A stretch of DNA of 48,580 bases from a virus (lineage: Duplodnaviria > Caudoviricetes), in the IMG/VR virus record IMGVR_UViG_3300020508_000071, positions 1 to 48,580 of that record; one strand, 5' to 3'. Below, one piece after another: positions 8,566 through 18,266 of the stretch. Each line of letters starts with the position of its first letter. Positions within the stretch are counted from its first letter, which is position 1. A program made the position numbers and the translations under genes. The notes under the pieces were generated by a model. It was not told the origin of the DNA, did not search any database, and saw only the letters and a program-made list of their open reading frames with translations.

Positions 8566-10653
8566 TTAATTAGAAATATCACCTCTGGCAAAAATGCTAG
8601 AGACATAATCCAAAACATCAGTTGCAGATTGTTGATTGTAACCATGTTGCTTAATCAATCGTGTCTTAATCGCATCGATCTTCTCTTGCAAATCTGGATC
8701 AAGCTGTGCTGCTTCCTTAGTCAAGGCCGACAACTTAATTGTGTCTTTGACATCCTCGAAAACTTTAGCCTCCAAAGCTCGCTTAAGCTCTGCGTTCGAG
8801 TCCCATCGGAATTGCTTATTACGTGTTGCTAAAGTTCCGATAAAGGATGCAATCGAACGGCGGAAATCATCGCATCCCTGTTCTGGAATGCCTGCTTTTT
8901 CTTCAATGGCACGCATCAAACGTTCATCTGGGTCCATTTTAGATCCAGTGATTGGATGAATCATCTTTTCGTCATTCACATAGGCGATAATGTTGTCAAC
9001 GTACTTAGCACAAACTCTTTCGATTGCCTTTTCGTCAGCCACCAAAGCACGCTGAACTTCATTCTTAAGAATTTCGTCCAACTCTTTGATTGCCAATTCT
9101 GCACAGTACTCGTATCGCTTCACGTCCTCGACATTAGTAATCAAAGATGATTGGCTAAGTCCATCTTTAAGTTCGCTCAAAACATGGAATACATTGATGT
9201 AATCCTTATTTCTTGCAAGGCGAGTTGCAATCTTGTCCTGAACATATCTAGCCGAAAGACCATGGAAGCCTTCATCAGAGTGTTTGTCTCTGAGTTCCTT
9301 TACGGTGTCCTGAGTCCATCCGGGTAGCTCTCGACCATCGTACAATTTAGCTTTGTCTCTAAGATCGAGCTTGCCATCCCCGTCATCTTCTAAGCGGGTC
9401 AAAACAGCGAACAAAGCTGCAATTTCCAAAGTATGAGGCATAATGTGCTGACGCACCTTGCCTATTCCATAAGTGTGCTCATACACCTTAATTTCGTCGC
9501 TCCAACGGAGTAAGTATGGCACATCAACTTTGACGGTACGATCTCGCAAAGCTTCCATAAATTGATTGTTCTTGAGCTTTTCAAACTCAGGATTGTTGGT
9601 GTGAGCAATAATAACTTCATCAATGGTAACCTGAGAAAATTTCTTAGGTTTAATATTGTGTTCTTGTGTTGCACCAAGCAAGTCATACAAAAACGCATTA
9701 TCAAGCTTGAGCATTTCAATAAATTCACAAACACCTCTGTTGGCAACTTCAAATTCGCCGTCGAAATTGAATGCACGAGGGTCAGAATCAGATCCAAATT
9801 GACCGATCTTGGAGAAGTTCATATCTCCTGTCAATTCTGTCGAGTCTTGATTTTTTTCATCCTTAGGTTGGAATGTTCCAATGCCGACACGATCAGTTTC
9901 ACTGTGAACTCGACGAATGACTCTAATATGGTTCTCAACGACCTTTAGCCAATCGCCATCATATCTCTTCAAGAGCAATGACATAAATAGCTTGCAGCGA
10001 GGATTCAAATCACCCTCACCACCAAGCACATACAAGGAGTTGCGTTCAGCTTCTGGGGTCGCATTTTTAAGAATCCTATTAAGATCCTTAAAAATTTCTG
10101 CACGCATAGCTGGCGGCATAAGCTTAATTGGGTTTTCGTTCATAGGGCAAACATCTTCAGTGTTAGTGTAGACGGCTGGCCCATGTTCATCGGCTATCGT
10201 AGGTAAATTCACCCATTTAAAGGTGTACCAAGCTCCTTGCTGAGATTTGGAATACTGTTCCAATCCTCTCTTCAATCGGCGACAAATGGTTGACTTAGAA
10301 GAACCAACTGGCCCATGCAATAGAAGCACACGTCGCTCTGTGCCATATCCACCAGCGGCTCCATGAATAAAATCTACAAAGCTTGCCAAAGTTTCTTCGA
10401 GGCCAAAAACTGGGATTTCTTGATCTTCAAAGAAATGATACTTTGTATAAGTCTTACGGTAACGCTCAAAAGAGGTAGTGCCCTTTTCAATAATCATGTC
10501 ATAGACATATTGAAAAGCGTTCCTAGCCAACCGTGGATTTTTTTCACATAAATCCATGTACTCGGAAAAACTCATTTCTTCATTTAAAGCAAGAAACTCA
10601 TTGCGATCATAAAAATTGGCATACTTGGCAAGTGCAGTCTGATTATCTGACAT
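8566..10653 (-). CDS. prkA: PrkA/YeaG family AAA+ serine protein kinase
   Basis: Walker A LHGPVGSSKST, plus DEKNQDSTELTG, ANRG, AHTN.PE and EALRDR motifs. Confidence 0.95.
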   Translation of the reverse strand: MSDNQTALAKYANFYDRNEFLALNEEMSFSEYMDLCEKNPRLARNAFQYVYDMIIEKGTTSFERYRKTYTKYHFFEDQEIPVFGLEETLASFVDFIHGAAGGYGTERRVLLLHGPVGSSKSTICRRLKRGLEQYSKSQQGAWYTFKWVNLPTIADEHGPAVYTNTEDVCPMNENPIKLMPPAMRAEIFKDLNRILKNATPEAERNSLYVLGGEGDLNPRCKLFMSLLLKRYDGDWLKVVENHIRVIRRVHSETDRVGIGTFQPKDEKNQDSTELTGDMNFSKIGQFGSDSDPRAFNFDGEFEVANRGVCEFIEMLKLDNAFLYDLLGATQEHNIKPKKFSQVTIDEVIIAHTNNPEFEKLKNNQFMEALRDRTVKVDVPYLLRWSDEIKVYEHTYGIGKVRQHIMPHTLEIAALFAVLTRLEDDGDGKLDLRDKAKLYDGRELPGWTQDTVKELRDKHSDEGFHGLSARYVQDKIATRLARNKDYINVFHVLSELKDGLSQSSLITNVEDVKRYEYCAELAIKELDEILKNEVQRALVADEKAIERVCAKYVDNIIAYVNDEKMIHPITGSKMDPDERLMRAIEEKAGIPEQGCDDFRRSIASFIGTLATRNKQFRWDSNAELKRALEAKVFEDVKDTIKLSALTKEAAQLDPDLQEKIDAIKTRLIKQHGYNQQSATDVLDYVSSIFARGDISN

Positions 10654-10743
10654 AATTGATTCCTTATTATGTGGCCGAAAGTTTTGTGAATGTATCAGAT
10701 ATCACAATCTTACACAAGTTCTTTTCTTAAGAAAAGAGGAATC

Positions 10744-10980
10744 TTAAAAATTTGACTGAATCATGGTGGGAGAATTTGGGGCTGAAAGTATTGCTGGACG
10801 AGAAGGGCTTCTGAATTTACCAGCCGACATGGCCCTACTGACTGTTGTGGTTCCCTTTTTCTTTACAGGCGTATGTAGTTGCTTCAAAGCAGAATGAATG
10901 CCCAAAGGGCCTTGTACAGCTTGCACATTACCATACTGGCCTTGAAGTTCATCAATTTGAATGAATTCCTTGAATGTCAT
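10744..10980 (-). CDS. small protein, candidate virion-internal protein
   Basis: N-terminus MTFKEFIQIDE. Confidence 0.6.
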   Translation of the reverse strand: MTFKEFIQIDELQGQYGNVQAVQGPLGIHSALKQLHTPVKKKGTTTVSRAMSAGKFRSPSRPAILSAPNSPTMIQSNF

Positions 10981-11334
10981 TTACTTTTTTCGCATGAATT
11001 TAGGTTTGGAAAAATTATTTTTTATACCAAATGATTTAGCCAAAGCACTTGCTACTTGTGTTGCGTCGGTTTTGCTGGCAATTGTATTTGGTGCAGCTTC
11101 AGTGGCATCTGCTGCCGCTTGCATGATGTTTTGGGTGCCTACTGACGAACTGCCGCTTCGAGCAAGCTTTGCGGCAGAATTTGCATTTGCGTCTTGTCCA
11201 AGCCAACCAGCAGCAACTTTCTGTGCGGCTTGAGCGGATTGTGTGGGATGGCTGTTTGTGCCATTTGATCCGATTGCCATACCGCCATTTTCAACTAACC
11301 ACTGTTTAAAAGATATTGTCATGATACTCAGCAC
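10981..11334 (-). CDS. Ala-rich protein, candidate virion-internal protein
   Basis: N-terminal ISFKQWLVE motif; abuts the next gene. Confidence 0.6.
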   Translation of the reverse strand: MLSIMTISFKQWLVENGGMAIGSNGTNSHPTQSAQAAQKVAAGWLGQDANANSAAKLARSGSSSVGTQNIMQAAADATEAAPNTIASKTDATQVASALAKSFGIKNNFSKPKFMRKK

Positions 11335-11393
11335 CCAAATTATTTTAGTACTAAGTATGTAGTCTGTTAGTTACAGCAATTTTAAACACAAAA

Positions 11394-11672
11394 TTATTGC
11401 CATTTTTCTACTCCATTTTCCCAAAAATGAAGAATCGTTTTTCCTAGACTTGTAGAATATTTTCTGTCAATTTTGATTTGTCCATCATGAACACGACGAT
11501 GACAATTAGAACAAAGACACAAACTATTAAAATGAGTGTATTGCCCTTCTTCTTCACCGGGAACTATTCTGTGTACATCTAAAAGACCATATTCGGCAAG
11601 TCCACAGAAATAGCATTTGCCTGCGGCTTTTTTGAAAATAACTTTATCAATCAATTTTTTACGACGAGCCAT
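11394..11672 (-). CDS. HNH endonuclease
   Basis: CYFC...DVHRIVP...N..CLCSNCHRRVH. Confidence 0.85.
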   Translation of the reverse strand: MARRKKLIDKVIFKKAAGKCYFCGLAEYGLLDVHRIVPGEEEGQYTHFNSLCLCSNCHRRVHDGQIKIDRKYSTSLGKTILHFWENGVEKWQ

Positions 11673-11701
11673 AGCCTAATATATTGTCTTATGCTTAAAA
11701 T

Positions 11702-12322
11702 TTAGCGTGACAATATCAATAAACCATTATTTAGATCGGTTTCATACCTTATATTCCAATTAGAGTTTTGAACAAGAAACTCATCAATTGCAGGACGAAT
11801 TCCTGTACCTGCTGTAGGCATTTCTAAATAAGGATGGAAAACATCGCAGTCGCCTAATTTTTCGCCAACTTGGCCATAAGTAAATGTGTCATGAAATATT
11901 AAATACTTATTCACTTTGTGTGCGTGTAAGTAAAGTTCTTTTTTTATTTGTTCGTAACAATGCCATGTATCAATAAAAAGCAAATCAGTTTGTTCTATTT
12001 CAATTCGAAGAACATCTGCTCCAATGTATTTGCAATTTTGGCCTAACTGTTGGCAGTTATGAAAAATGTTTTTGAGATTTTCAATTTCTTTTACTGAATG
12101 TGGTTCAGGGTCAGAATATTGATAATCATAAGATACAAAATTTTTAGGATTAGCTTTTAAAAAAGCGACAGTGCTTAATCCTGTTCTAGCACCCATTTCA
12201 GTCACATGATTGCATCTCGATGCATATTCGTACAGAATTGGTAAATGCAAATTGATATCGGAATCAATTGAGCAGTATTCTTTATAAAGATTGTCCAAAA
12301 AAGAACGGTTATTCATTTGCAT
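11702..12322 (-). CDS. class I SAM-dependent methyltransferase (Methyltransf_24-like)
   Basis: VTEMGAR.G.ST, DLLFIDTWH.YEQ, IFHDT and NNGLLIL motifs. Confidence 0.85.
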   Translation of the reverse strand: MQMNNRSFLDNLYKEYCSIDSDINLHLPILYEYASRCNHVTEMGARTGLSTVAFLKANPKNFVSYDYQYSDPEPHSVKEIENLKNIFHNCQQLGQNCKYIGADVLRIEIEQTDLLFIDTWHCYEQIKKELYLHAHKVNKYLIFHDTFTYGQVGEKLGDCDVFHPYLEMPTAGTGIRPAIDEFLVQNSNWNIRYETDLNNGLLILSR

Positions 12323-13698
12323 CCTTTCAAATGATTTTCAATTAATTGTGTTGTACTAGAATTAGGAACAAAAGGTGCTGTGCGAACAATTGGCACAATA
12401 TCAAAACCCACAATTTCTTCAATTTTATAATCTCCACCCTTAACCAAGACATCGGGAGATATAATTTTGATTAAGTCTAAAGGTGTTTGCTCATCGAAAC
12501 AAACAACAAAATCTACACAACTTAAACTTGCCATTACAGACATGCGATGTTCAAGAGGCAATATTGGACGTGTTGGATTTTTATATTTCTTTATACTGGC
12601 ATCTGTGTTTAATGCAACGACCAATTTATCGCCTTGACTTTTAGCAAATTTCAGAGTTTGTAAATGTCCATTGTGAAGAATATCAAAGCATCCATTTGTA
12701 AAAACTAATTTAAAATCACGATTTTTCAAATCCTCAGGCTGAACGATTTTATCATCAATCAATTCAGCGGGTACAACTGGTCTATTCATGCGTTCTTGCA
12801 CATAAACTGAGCCTGCATTCCAAGCAATTTCAGCAGATTCTATAGGATTAAAACCATGACCTGTAGCTGCTGCAAAAAATGCAGCAAAGCAATCACCTGC
12901 ACCAATTACACTTTCTACAGCAACCTTTTTATTTGGAATGTATTCAAAAATTTCATCTTTCCAAATCCCAGCCACTCGTTCGCCACCAAAGGTGATTACA
13001 ACCGCCTCGCATTCAAGTTTTTGCTGTAAATATTTTGCTTGATCTACCCAATAACTCTGGCCACTGAGTTCTTGTGCTTCTTTGGCATTTGGCTTGAAAA
13101 TTGTACATCCTTTCCAATATTCTAAAGGACCTGTTTTAGGATCAACAATGGTGGTAACGCCATGGTAGCTCTTCACAAGATTGCAATCTCGATAGGAAAA
13201 AAAGCCTTTATTGTAATCAGATAAGATTGCTAAATCTGGCTGTTGCTCTTGGATCACATGGCTAAAATACTCAGTGGATGCTTTAATTTGATCATTCGAT
13301 AAGCCACAGCAGTTTTTCTCGAAATCATGTCGAGGAGCTACTTGAACGCCATTATCTAAATACCGCCTTTTGATTGGCAAGCTAGCTTGAGAGTATGGAT
13401 AGTATAATGTTTTTATTTCATGGTTAGAAAACACTTTATTGGCTTCAGGGTCATTGAAACAAAATAGTTTTGTTTCTGTATTTAAGTGTCTAAGTTGATA
13501 AGCAACATTGGCTGCTCCACCGGGCCTTCTCACAAAGTCATTTTGACATACCATGACAGGCACTGGTGCTTCTGGGCTCATTCGATTGACTTTTACCTTG
13601 TAGTATTCATCAATCATAGCATCGCCAACACAATGTATTTTAAGTTTTTTCTTCTGGTTTCTTTTCAGAAATTCCTTGAGAATTTGATTTTTCATCAT
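12313..13698 (-). CDS. hldE: bifunctional heptose-7-phosphate kinase / heptose-1-phosphate adenylyltransferase
   Basis: PfkB domain (GDAMID.Y, SPEAPVPV, GGAANVA, SDYNKG, VDPK, GAGD) followed by FTNGCFDILHNGH and VLVKGGDY; start probably MMKNQ. Confidence 0.93.
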   Translation of the reverse strand: MMKNQILKEFLKRNQKKKLKIHCVGDAMIDEYYKVKVNRMSPEAPVPVMVCQNDFVRRPGGAANVAYQLRHLNTETKLFCFNDPEANKVFSNHEIKTLYYPYSQASLPIKRRYLDNGVQVAPRHDFEKNCCGLSNDQIKASTEYFSHVIQEQQPDLAILSDYNKGFFSYRDCNLVKSYHGVTTIVDPKTGPLEYWKGCTIFKPNAKEAQELSGQSYWVDQAKYLQQKLECEAVVITFGGERVAGIWKDEIFEYIPNKKVAVESVIGAGDCFAAFFAAATGHGFNPIESAEIAWNAGSVYVQERMNRPVVPAELIDDKIVQPEDLKNRDFKLVFTNGCFDILHNGHLQTLKFAKSQGDKLVVALNTDASIKKYKNPTRPILPLEHRMSVMASLSCVDFVVCFDEQTPLDLIKIISPDVLVKGGDYKIEEIVGFDIVPIVRTAPFVPNSSTTQLIENHLKGCK

Positions 13699-13873
13699 CA
13701 CACCATTCTTTGGTCTTTTTAATTCCTGCTTTAAAGAATTCCAAGCCCATCCAACCAACTATGGATTGTGCCACTGCCCTGACAGTAAATGCAGTAAGAC
13801 TATAGGTTAAAGCAGGATCTAAAAAGTTCTTCTTTTGTTTCTTTTTATTGGTCATAGATTCTCCTATAACCAT
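13640..13873 (-). CDS. small hypothetical protein
   Basis: 77-aa ORF with a hydrophobic centre; overlaps the hldE start. Confidence 0.45.
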   Translation of the reverse strand: MVIGESMTNKKKQKKNFLDPALTYSLTAFTVRAVAQSIVGWMGLEFFKAGIKKTKEWCDDEKSNSQGISEKKPEEKT

Positions 13874-13923
13874 ATTTAGAATAGTAAAGAAACAAAAACA
13901 CTATCAGAAAAATCCGAATAGGA

Positions 13924-14319
13924 TTAAGTGTTTTTTACATTTGCAATTGATATGTGATATGCAGTACGCAAAACGCCTCCGTAGGCCCGATCATCTCTAT
14001 ATTCAGGAAGCCCTAATTCTTGACGAATTTCTCCAATTTCTTGGCTGTATGCATCCAACCAAAACATGACACCATCGAAATGGATATAAGAATCGTATTG
14101 AAATGTTATTTGGCGACCTTCATGCCGCCCCCATAAATCCAAATTAGTTGGTGTTTCCTTTCCGGTTCGAACAATAGTAATGTGAGATTTATACCTTAAA
14201 CTCTTAGCATAATAGTATTTCGGAATTAATGATCTATAAAAGTCTCCTATGCCTTGATCAATTTCAGCGATCAATCTTATATCTGGTCCATAGTGTATTA
14301 TTCCTTGGGATTCAAACAT
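13924..14319 (-). CDS. putative 2H phosphoesterase-fold protein
   Basis: Two Hx(T/S) motifs, HITI and HISI, about 75 aa apart. Confidence 0.55.
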   Translation of the reverse strand: MFESQGIIHYGPDIRLIAEIDQGIGDFYRSLIPKYYYAKSLRYKSHITIVRTGKETPTNLDLWGRHEGRQITFQYDSYIHFDGVMFWLDAYSQEIGEIRQELGLPEYRDDRAYGGVLRTAYHISIANVKNT

Positions 14320-14828
14320 CGATAATCAACCACAGTAAAGGTTTCAAACATTTGATATGTTTCACCATGCCAACCTAATTCCGTTAAATTTGGAAAATAA
14401 GTTTTACCTTGAATGTCCAAATATCCATGAACTTCGCTTGCTAAAACTCTATCTACCAAATTATTGTCTATGCAATACTTGTAAATCTCTCCACCACCGA
14501 TCACACAAGCATCATCACTATATTTTTTGGCTTTTGCTAAAGCCAATTCTAAGGTTGATGCTATGTAAATTGGATTATCGCAAAGAACATATCGAGTATT
14601 ATGCTGGAAAAACGAATCATTATTCCGAGTGACAATGATGTTTTTACGACCGGGAAGAGGTTTAAAACGATCAGGAAGACTTTCCCAAGTTTTCCTTCCC
14701 ATAATACACGGCTTGCCCATGGTAACCTCCTTGAAAAATCTGAGATCCTCAGGAAGGTGCCATGGAATATTGCCTTGGCTGTCGCCAATTACAAAATTTT
14801 TATTGTATGCAACAACTAAAGTTACCAT
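14298..14828 (-). CDS. folA: dihydrofolate reductase
   Basis: IPWHLPEDLRFFK, IMGRKTWESLP, PLPGRKNII and VIGGGEIY motifs. Confidence 0.96.
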   Translation of the reverse strand: MVTLVVAYNKNFVIGDSQGNIPWHLPEDLRFFKEVTMGKPCIMGRKTWESLPDRFKPLPGRKNIIVTRNNDSFFQHNTRYVLCDNPIYIASTLELALAKAKKYSDDACVIGGGEIYKYCIDNNLVDRVLASEVHGYLDIQGKTYFPNLTELGWHGETYQMFETFTVVDYRCLNPKE

Positions 14829-15094
14829 TAAGCTGTCCTTAAAATCAAATGATACCCAAATTGAGTTTGCACTGGGTCACTTACATTTCCGACATTTAAT
14901 GCAAAAGCAGCCTGTTCAAAAGGTTTTACCATTTGGCCTCTGTCGAAAAAGCCAAGATCACCACCTTTTTTGCCACTAGGACACATGCTATATTCGCTGG
15001 CAAGCCTTGCAAAATCATCAAGCTCGACAATTTCAGTTTTCAATTGGTTTGCTTGCTCTAAAGTCTTCACTAAAATATGACTTGCTCTGACCAT
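14828..15094 (-). CDS. ppiC: parvulin-type peptidyl-prolyl isomerase
   Basis: RASHILVK, CPSGKKGGDLGFF, GQMVKPFE and TQFGYHLI motifs. Confidence 0.95.
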   Translation of the reverse strand: MVRASHILVKTLEQANQLKTEIVELDDFARLASEYSMCPSGKKGGDLGFFDRGQMVKPFEQAAFALNVGNVSDPVQTQFGYHLILRTA

Positions 15095-15179
15095 GTTAGA
15101 ATCCCTTTCAATAAATGTGCAACTGCATGTTGCACAATAAAAACATCATAACTTATTTTGCATCAATTGAAAAGATGCA

Positions 15180-16091
15180 CTATACTGCCACAGGAATATC
15201 GATTTTTGGGCCAGAAGTGAAATTCTCAATAAGAAAATTTTCTGGATTATAACTGAAAATATCTGAAGCTTGCTTTATTGTTAGCTTGGGGCTGTCAATT
15301 ACAGGAGTTTCCAAGTAGGCTCTTACACCTTCAATTTGATTCTCGTAAATATGGCTGTCTGCTGTTACATGAACAAACTCAAAAGGCTCGCAACCTGTCT
15401 GTTGTGCAAGCATAATTGTTAGTGCTGAATAAAACTGAATATTTGCTGGAACGCCTATTGGAAAATCACAAGACCTCTGATATAGAATTCCCGACAATCT
15501 ACGTTCATCGTCTACGAGAACCTGATACATCATGTGACAAGGAGGGAGCCTCATTTTCGAAACATCTTTTGGATTCCAAAGCGTCCAAAGAGTCCTTCGA
15601 CACGAATAATCTTCTTTAATTCTGTTGACCACCCAAGCTAATTGGTCAAACCCTCCTGTGCCGTAATAGTCAGGAGCAACATTTCCCGGAGTTTGACAGT
15701 CTTGGGAGTGAGCTATACCGCCAATTCCATTGCCATAAGCTCCTCCAAAATGTCGAAGCTGAAAGCCATAAACGGGTCCAAAAGCTTCTTCAGCGTAACC
15801 ATGTTTCTTTTCCCATTCATGATCGACCCAAGGAGACCAAAAATTGCAACCCAGATTCTTCAAATCTTTGTTACTGGTCGAGCCACTTAAGAACCAAATA
15901 AGTTCAGAAAAAACTGATTTTGGCCAAACTTTACGACGTGTAAGAATCGGAAAAAAGTCAGTGTCTAATCGATAACGATTCAACATCCCAAAAATGGACA
16001 GAGTTTTGATTTTTGTTCGTTGATTAGTTCGATTAACTCCTCTTTCAAGAATTTGTCGAAGAGCATTATCGTAAGGTTCCAACAAATACAT
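15180..16091 (-). CDS. thyA: thymidylate synthase
   Basis: ELIWFLSG, GPVYGFQLR, LPPCH, YQRSCD and HIYENQ motifs; start probably MYLLEPY (16091). Confidence 0.96.
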   Translation of the reverse strand: MYLLEPYDNALRQILERGVNRTNQRTKIKTLSIFGMLNRYRLDTDFFPILTRRKVWPKSVFSELIWFLSGSTSNKDLKNLGCNFWSPWVDHEWEKKHGYAEEAFGPVYGFQLRHFGGAYGNGIGGIAHSQDCQTPGNVAPDYYGTGGFDQLAWVVNRIKEDYSCRRTLWTLWNPKDVSKMRLPPCHMMYQVLVDDERRLSGILYQRSCDFPIGVPANIQFYSALTIMLAQQTGCEPFEFVHVTADSHIYENQIEGVRAYLETPVIDSPKLTIKQASDIFSYNPENFLIENFTSGPKIDIPVAV

Positions 16092-16135
16092 AAAAAACTC
16101 CAAAAAATTAAAAATTAAAAATTTTTGCTCAAAAC

Positions 16136-16164
16136 AAAATAGCATCAAATTCATAGATTGTCAA
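16136..16164 (-). promoter_or_regulatory. sigma70-type promoter for thyA
   Basis: TTGACA-N17-TATTTT with an extended -10 TG. Confidence 0.5.
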
Positions 16165-16185
16165 TGACATTTACTAATCTATAGC

Positions 16186-16857
16186 ATGATTTCAGAAACA
16201 GGTCGAAATTTATCAGTATTGATTATCAGTGAAACTGGTCTTGATTGGCAAACTTTCGCCACATGGTACTCATTTTACAAAAACTTGCCCGAAGCCACAG
16301 TTGCTTTGTTTTGTAATCGGAATAGTGATTTCACTTTTGTTTATTTTCAATGGGCAAAAAGATTAAAAATACCAACAATCAAGACTAAACCAACTGCTGA
16401 TAATAAAGATGAATATATTAATTGGTTGTTTGCAATTAAAAAAGCACAGGATGTTGGATTAGTCAAACAACCCATATTAGCAGTAAAGCCTTGCGTTATG
16501 GCTGTTGATGCTTTAAATAATAACTGGATAAAGAAGTTAGAAAAAAATATTTTTTGGCTTGACGATTGTGCGTTGTATTTAAAAGATCAACAAATTGAAG
16601 ACCTAATCAACAATTACTATCTTGAAGACAAGCTAACAGAAAGGTGTTCTGAAAAACTCTGCGTGGATGCCAAATTTTCTAATGATGTTCAACCTTTTGT
16701 AAATTATAAGAAAGGCTGTGGAAGATGGATAGATACAGCTATAGGATGCCCTTTCTCAAGTGCTGGCGGACTCATAAATTCTGAGTTGACTGCTAATGAG
16801 ACAAGAGTTATAGAACTTTGGAAGAAAATGGTCCCTTTGTATCAAGCAGTAGTTTGA
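16186..16857 (+). CDS. hypothetical protein
   Basis: 223-aa ORF with no recognised motif. Confidence 0.7.
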   Translation: MISETGRNLSVLIISETGLDWQTFATWYSFYKNLPEATVALFCNRNSDFTFVYFQWAKRLKIPTIKTKPTADNKDEYINWLFAIKKAQDVGLVKQPILAVKPCVMAVDALNNNWIKKLEKNIFWLDDCALYLKDQQIEDLINNYYLEDKLTERCSEKLCVDAKFSNDVQPFVNYKKGCGRWIDTAIGCPFSSAGGLINSELTANETRVIELWKKMVPLYQAVV

Positions 16858-16865
16858 GGTTTCAT

Positions 16866-17225
16866 ATGGAAAGATTCTACAATAACGAAGATGATAATGA
16901 TGACGATGAATCCTTTTTCGGATCTGATGATGAGTTCGACCAAGAATTAACAGGCGAAGTTGTTGGATATATTGACCAACAAGGCATTATAAATGTCATG
17001 CAAATGGATTTAGCTCAAACTGAGCTTAATCAACACTTATTAAGCAAAGCAATAGAAATAGCTAAAGATAGTTGGTTCTGGTGTTTTAAAAGCGTATCCA
17101 GTCGGCTGACTGAGATTGAAACTGTATACAAAAGATTATTAGAGATGACTGGAGAAGAAATTCCAGAAATTTCAGAGATTGATGATATCGATTATCTTGA
17201 TGACGATGATTTAGAAGGGAACTAA
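16866..17225 (+). CDS. acidic hypothetical protein
   Basis: GAGGT SD before ATG 16866; D/E-rich ends. Confidence 0.7.
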   Translation: MERFYNNEDDNDDDESFFGSDDEFDQELTGEVVGYIDQQGIINVMQMDLAQTELNQHLLSKAIEIAKDSWFWCFKSVSSRLTEIETVYKRLLEMTGEEIPEISEIDDIDYLDDDDLEGN

Positions 17226-17228
17226 TAA

Positions 17229-17591
17229 ATGCCACTTTACGAATTTCAATGCTTAGATTGTAAAAAGCGATATGATGACATAGCAACTTTTGATGATAAA
17301 GGAATTTACCCGACCGTTGAATGCCCTAGTTGTCACTCACAGAAAAAGACAAAACTTGTATCAGCTTGTTGCTTTCAGTTTTCAAATCCAGTAGGAACTG
17401 ACCGTTGGAACAATAATTCCACCGGTCATGATTACAGGTTCAAACACAATATTCCAAAGGTAAAAGCAGAAAGGCAAATGGCCGAAGCTTTATCACATAT
17501 GGGTGCTGACCCATATGGATCTTCTATTGAACAGGATTTGCAATTAGATACAGGAATTCATGATCCAGAAACCAGACCCGGTTTATCCTAA
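17229..17591 (+). CDS. FmdB-family zinc-ribbon protein
   Basis: MPLYEFQCLDC...CPSC.S.K..KLVS. Confidence 0.85.
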   Translation: MPLYEFQCLDCKKRYDDIATFDDKGIYPTVECPSCHSQKKTKLVSACCFQFSNPVGTDRWNNNSTGHDYRFKHNIPKVKAERQMAEALSHMGADPYGSSIEQDLQLDTGIHDPETRPGLS

Positions 17592-18266
17592 GTCTATCTC
17601 TGTTTTGTCTCCATCGGAAGAACTGAAAATGACTGAGTCTAAAATTACACTCCAGTCTTCAAAATATTTTTTGCCTAGTAAATGATCACAGCTACCCTTT
17701 TTCACATAAGCCAAAGTACAATGTGGCTTATAAATTGGGTAGCTTGATGTATGAGGCAAATCTTTCAAAGCTTTGTTAATTTTGTGTAGAATTTTTCCTT
17801 CAACAGATATTTTCAAAACATCATACTCTTCAGATTCAAACTTAGAAATTTCTCCAAATGATATTTCTTCTGGCTTAAAATTACTTACAATTTTCTCTAC
17901 ATCATCTGGCTTTGAAGTATGCAACCCATACAAAAGGGTAATGTGAATCTCATCTTCACGGCCTTTTTCTCCATCTGTAAAAAGAACATCATCAGGAATG
18001 TGTTTCTTAGACCAACTCAAAACTTTAGATGCATCTTTGTCTTTGAGATCAAACATAACACAAGAAAAACTATATTTACCAAATCCTTCATGGACTTGAG
18101 GTAATTGATAAGTAAATTTTGTTTTTTTACGTTTTTTACCAGAAGCCATTTCTTTCTCCCAATCTGAAACCCACCAACGTCGAGCCATACCTACTCGGTT
18201 TTGAAAATTTGCTACATCTGCTGTGCTAGTCATTGTTTCGTTTTGCAACCATTGTTTAAATTTCAT
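17583..18266 (-). CDS. 2H phosphoesterase, T4 gp57B/Acb1-like, with an N-terminal extension
   Basis: GREDEIHITLLYG and YKPHCTLAY provide two HxT motifs; N-terminus MKFKQWLQNE. Confidence 0.75.
   Translation of the reverse strand: MKFKQWLQNETMTSTADVANFQNRVGMARRWWVSDWEKEMASGKKRKKTKFTYQLPQVHEGFGKYSFSCVMFDLKDKDASKVLSWSKKHIPDDVLFTDGEKGREDEIHITLLYGLHTSKPDDVEKIVSNFKPEEISFGEISKFESEEYDVLKISVEGKILHKINKALKDLPHTSSYPIYKPHCTLAYVKKGSCDHLLGKKYFEDWSVILDSVIFSSSDGDKTEIDLG

Noticed and set aside
7165-10551. Many short antisense or alternate-frame ORFs within yeaH and prkA (likewise in folA, cas12i, the helicase and the SSB gene)
   Set aside because: Shadow ORFs of well-supported genes, with no motifs of their own.
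10685-10706. TGTGA...TCACA upstream of prkA as a CRP box
   Set aside because: The spacing is 12 nt rather than 6.
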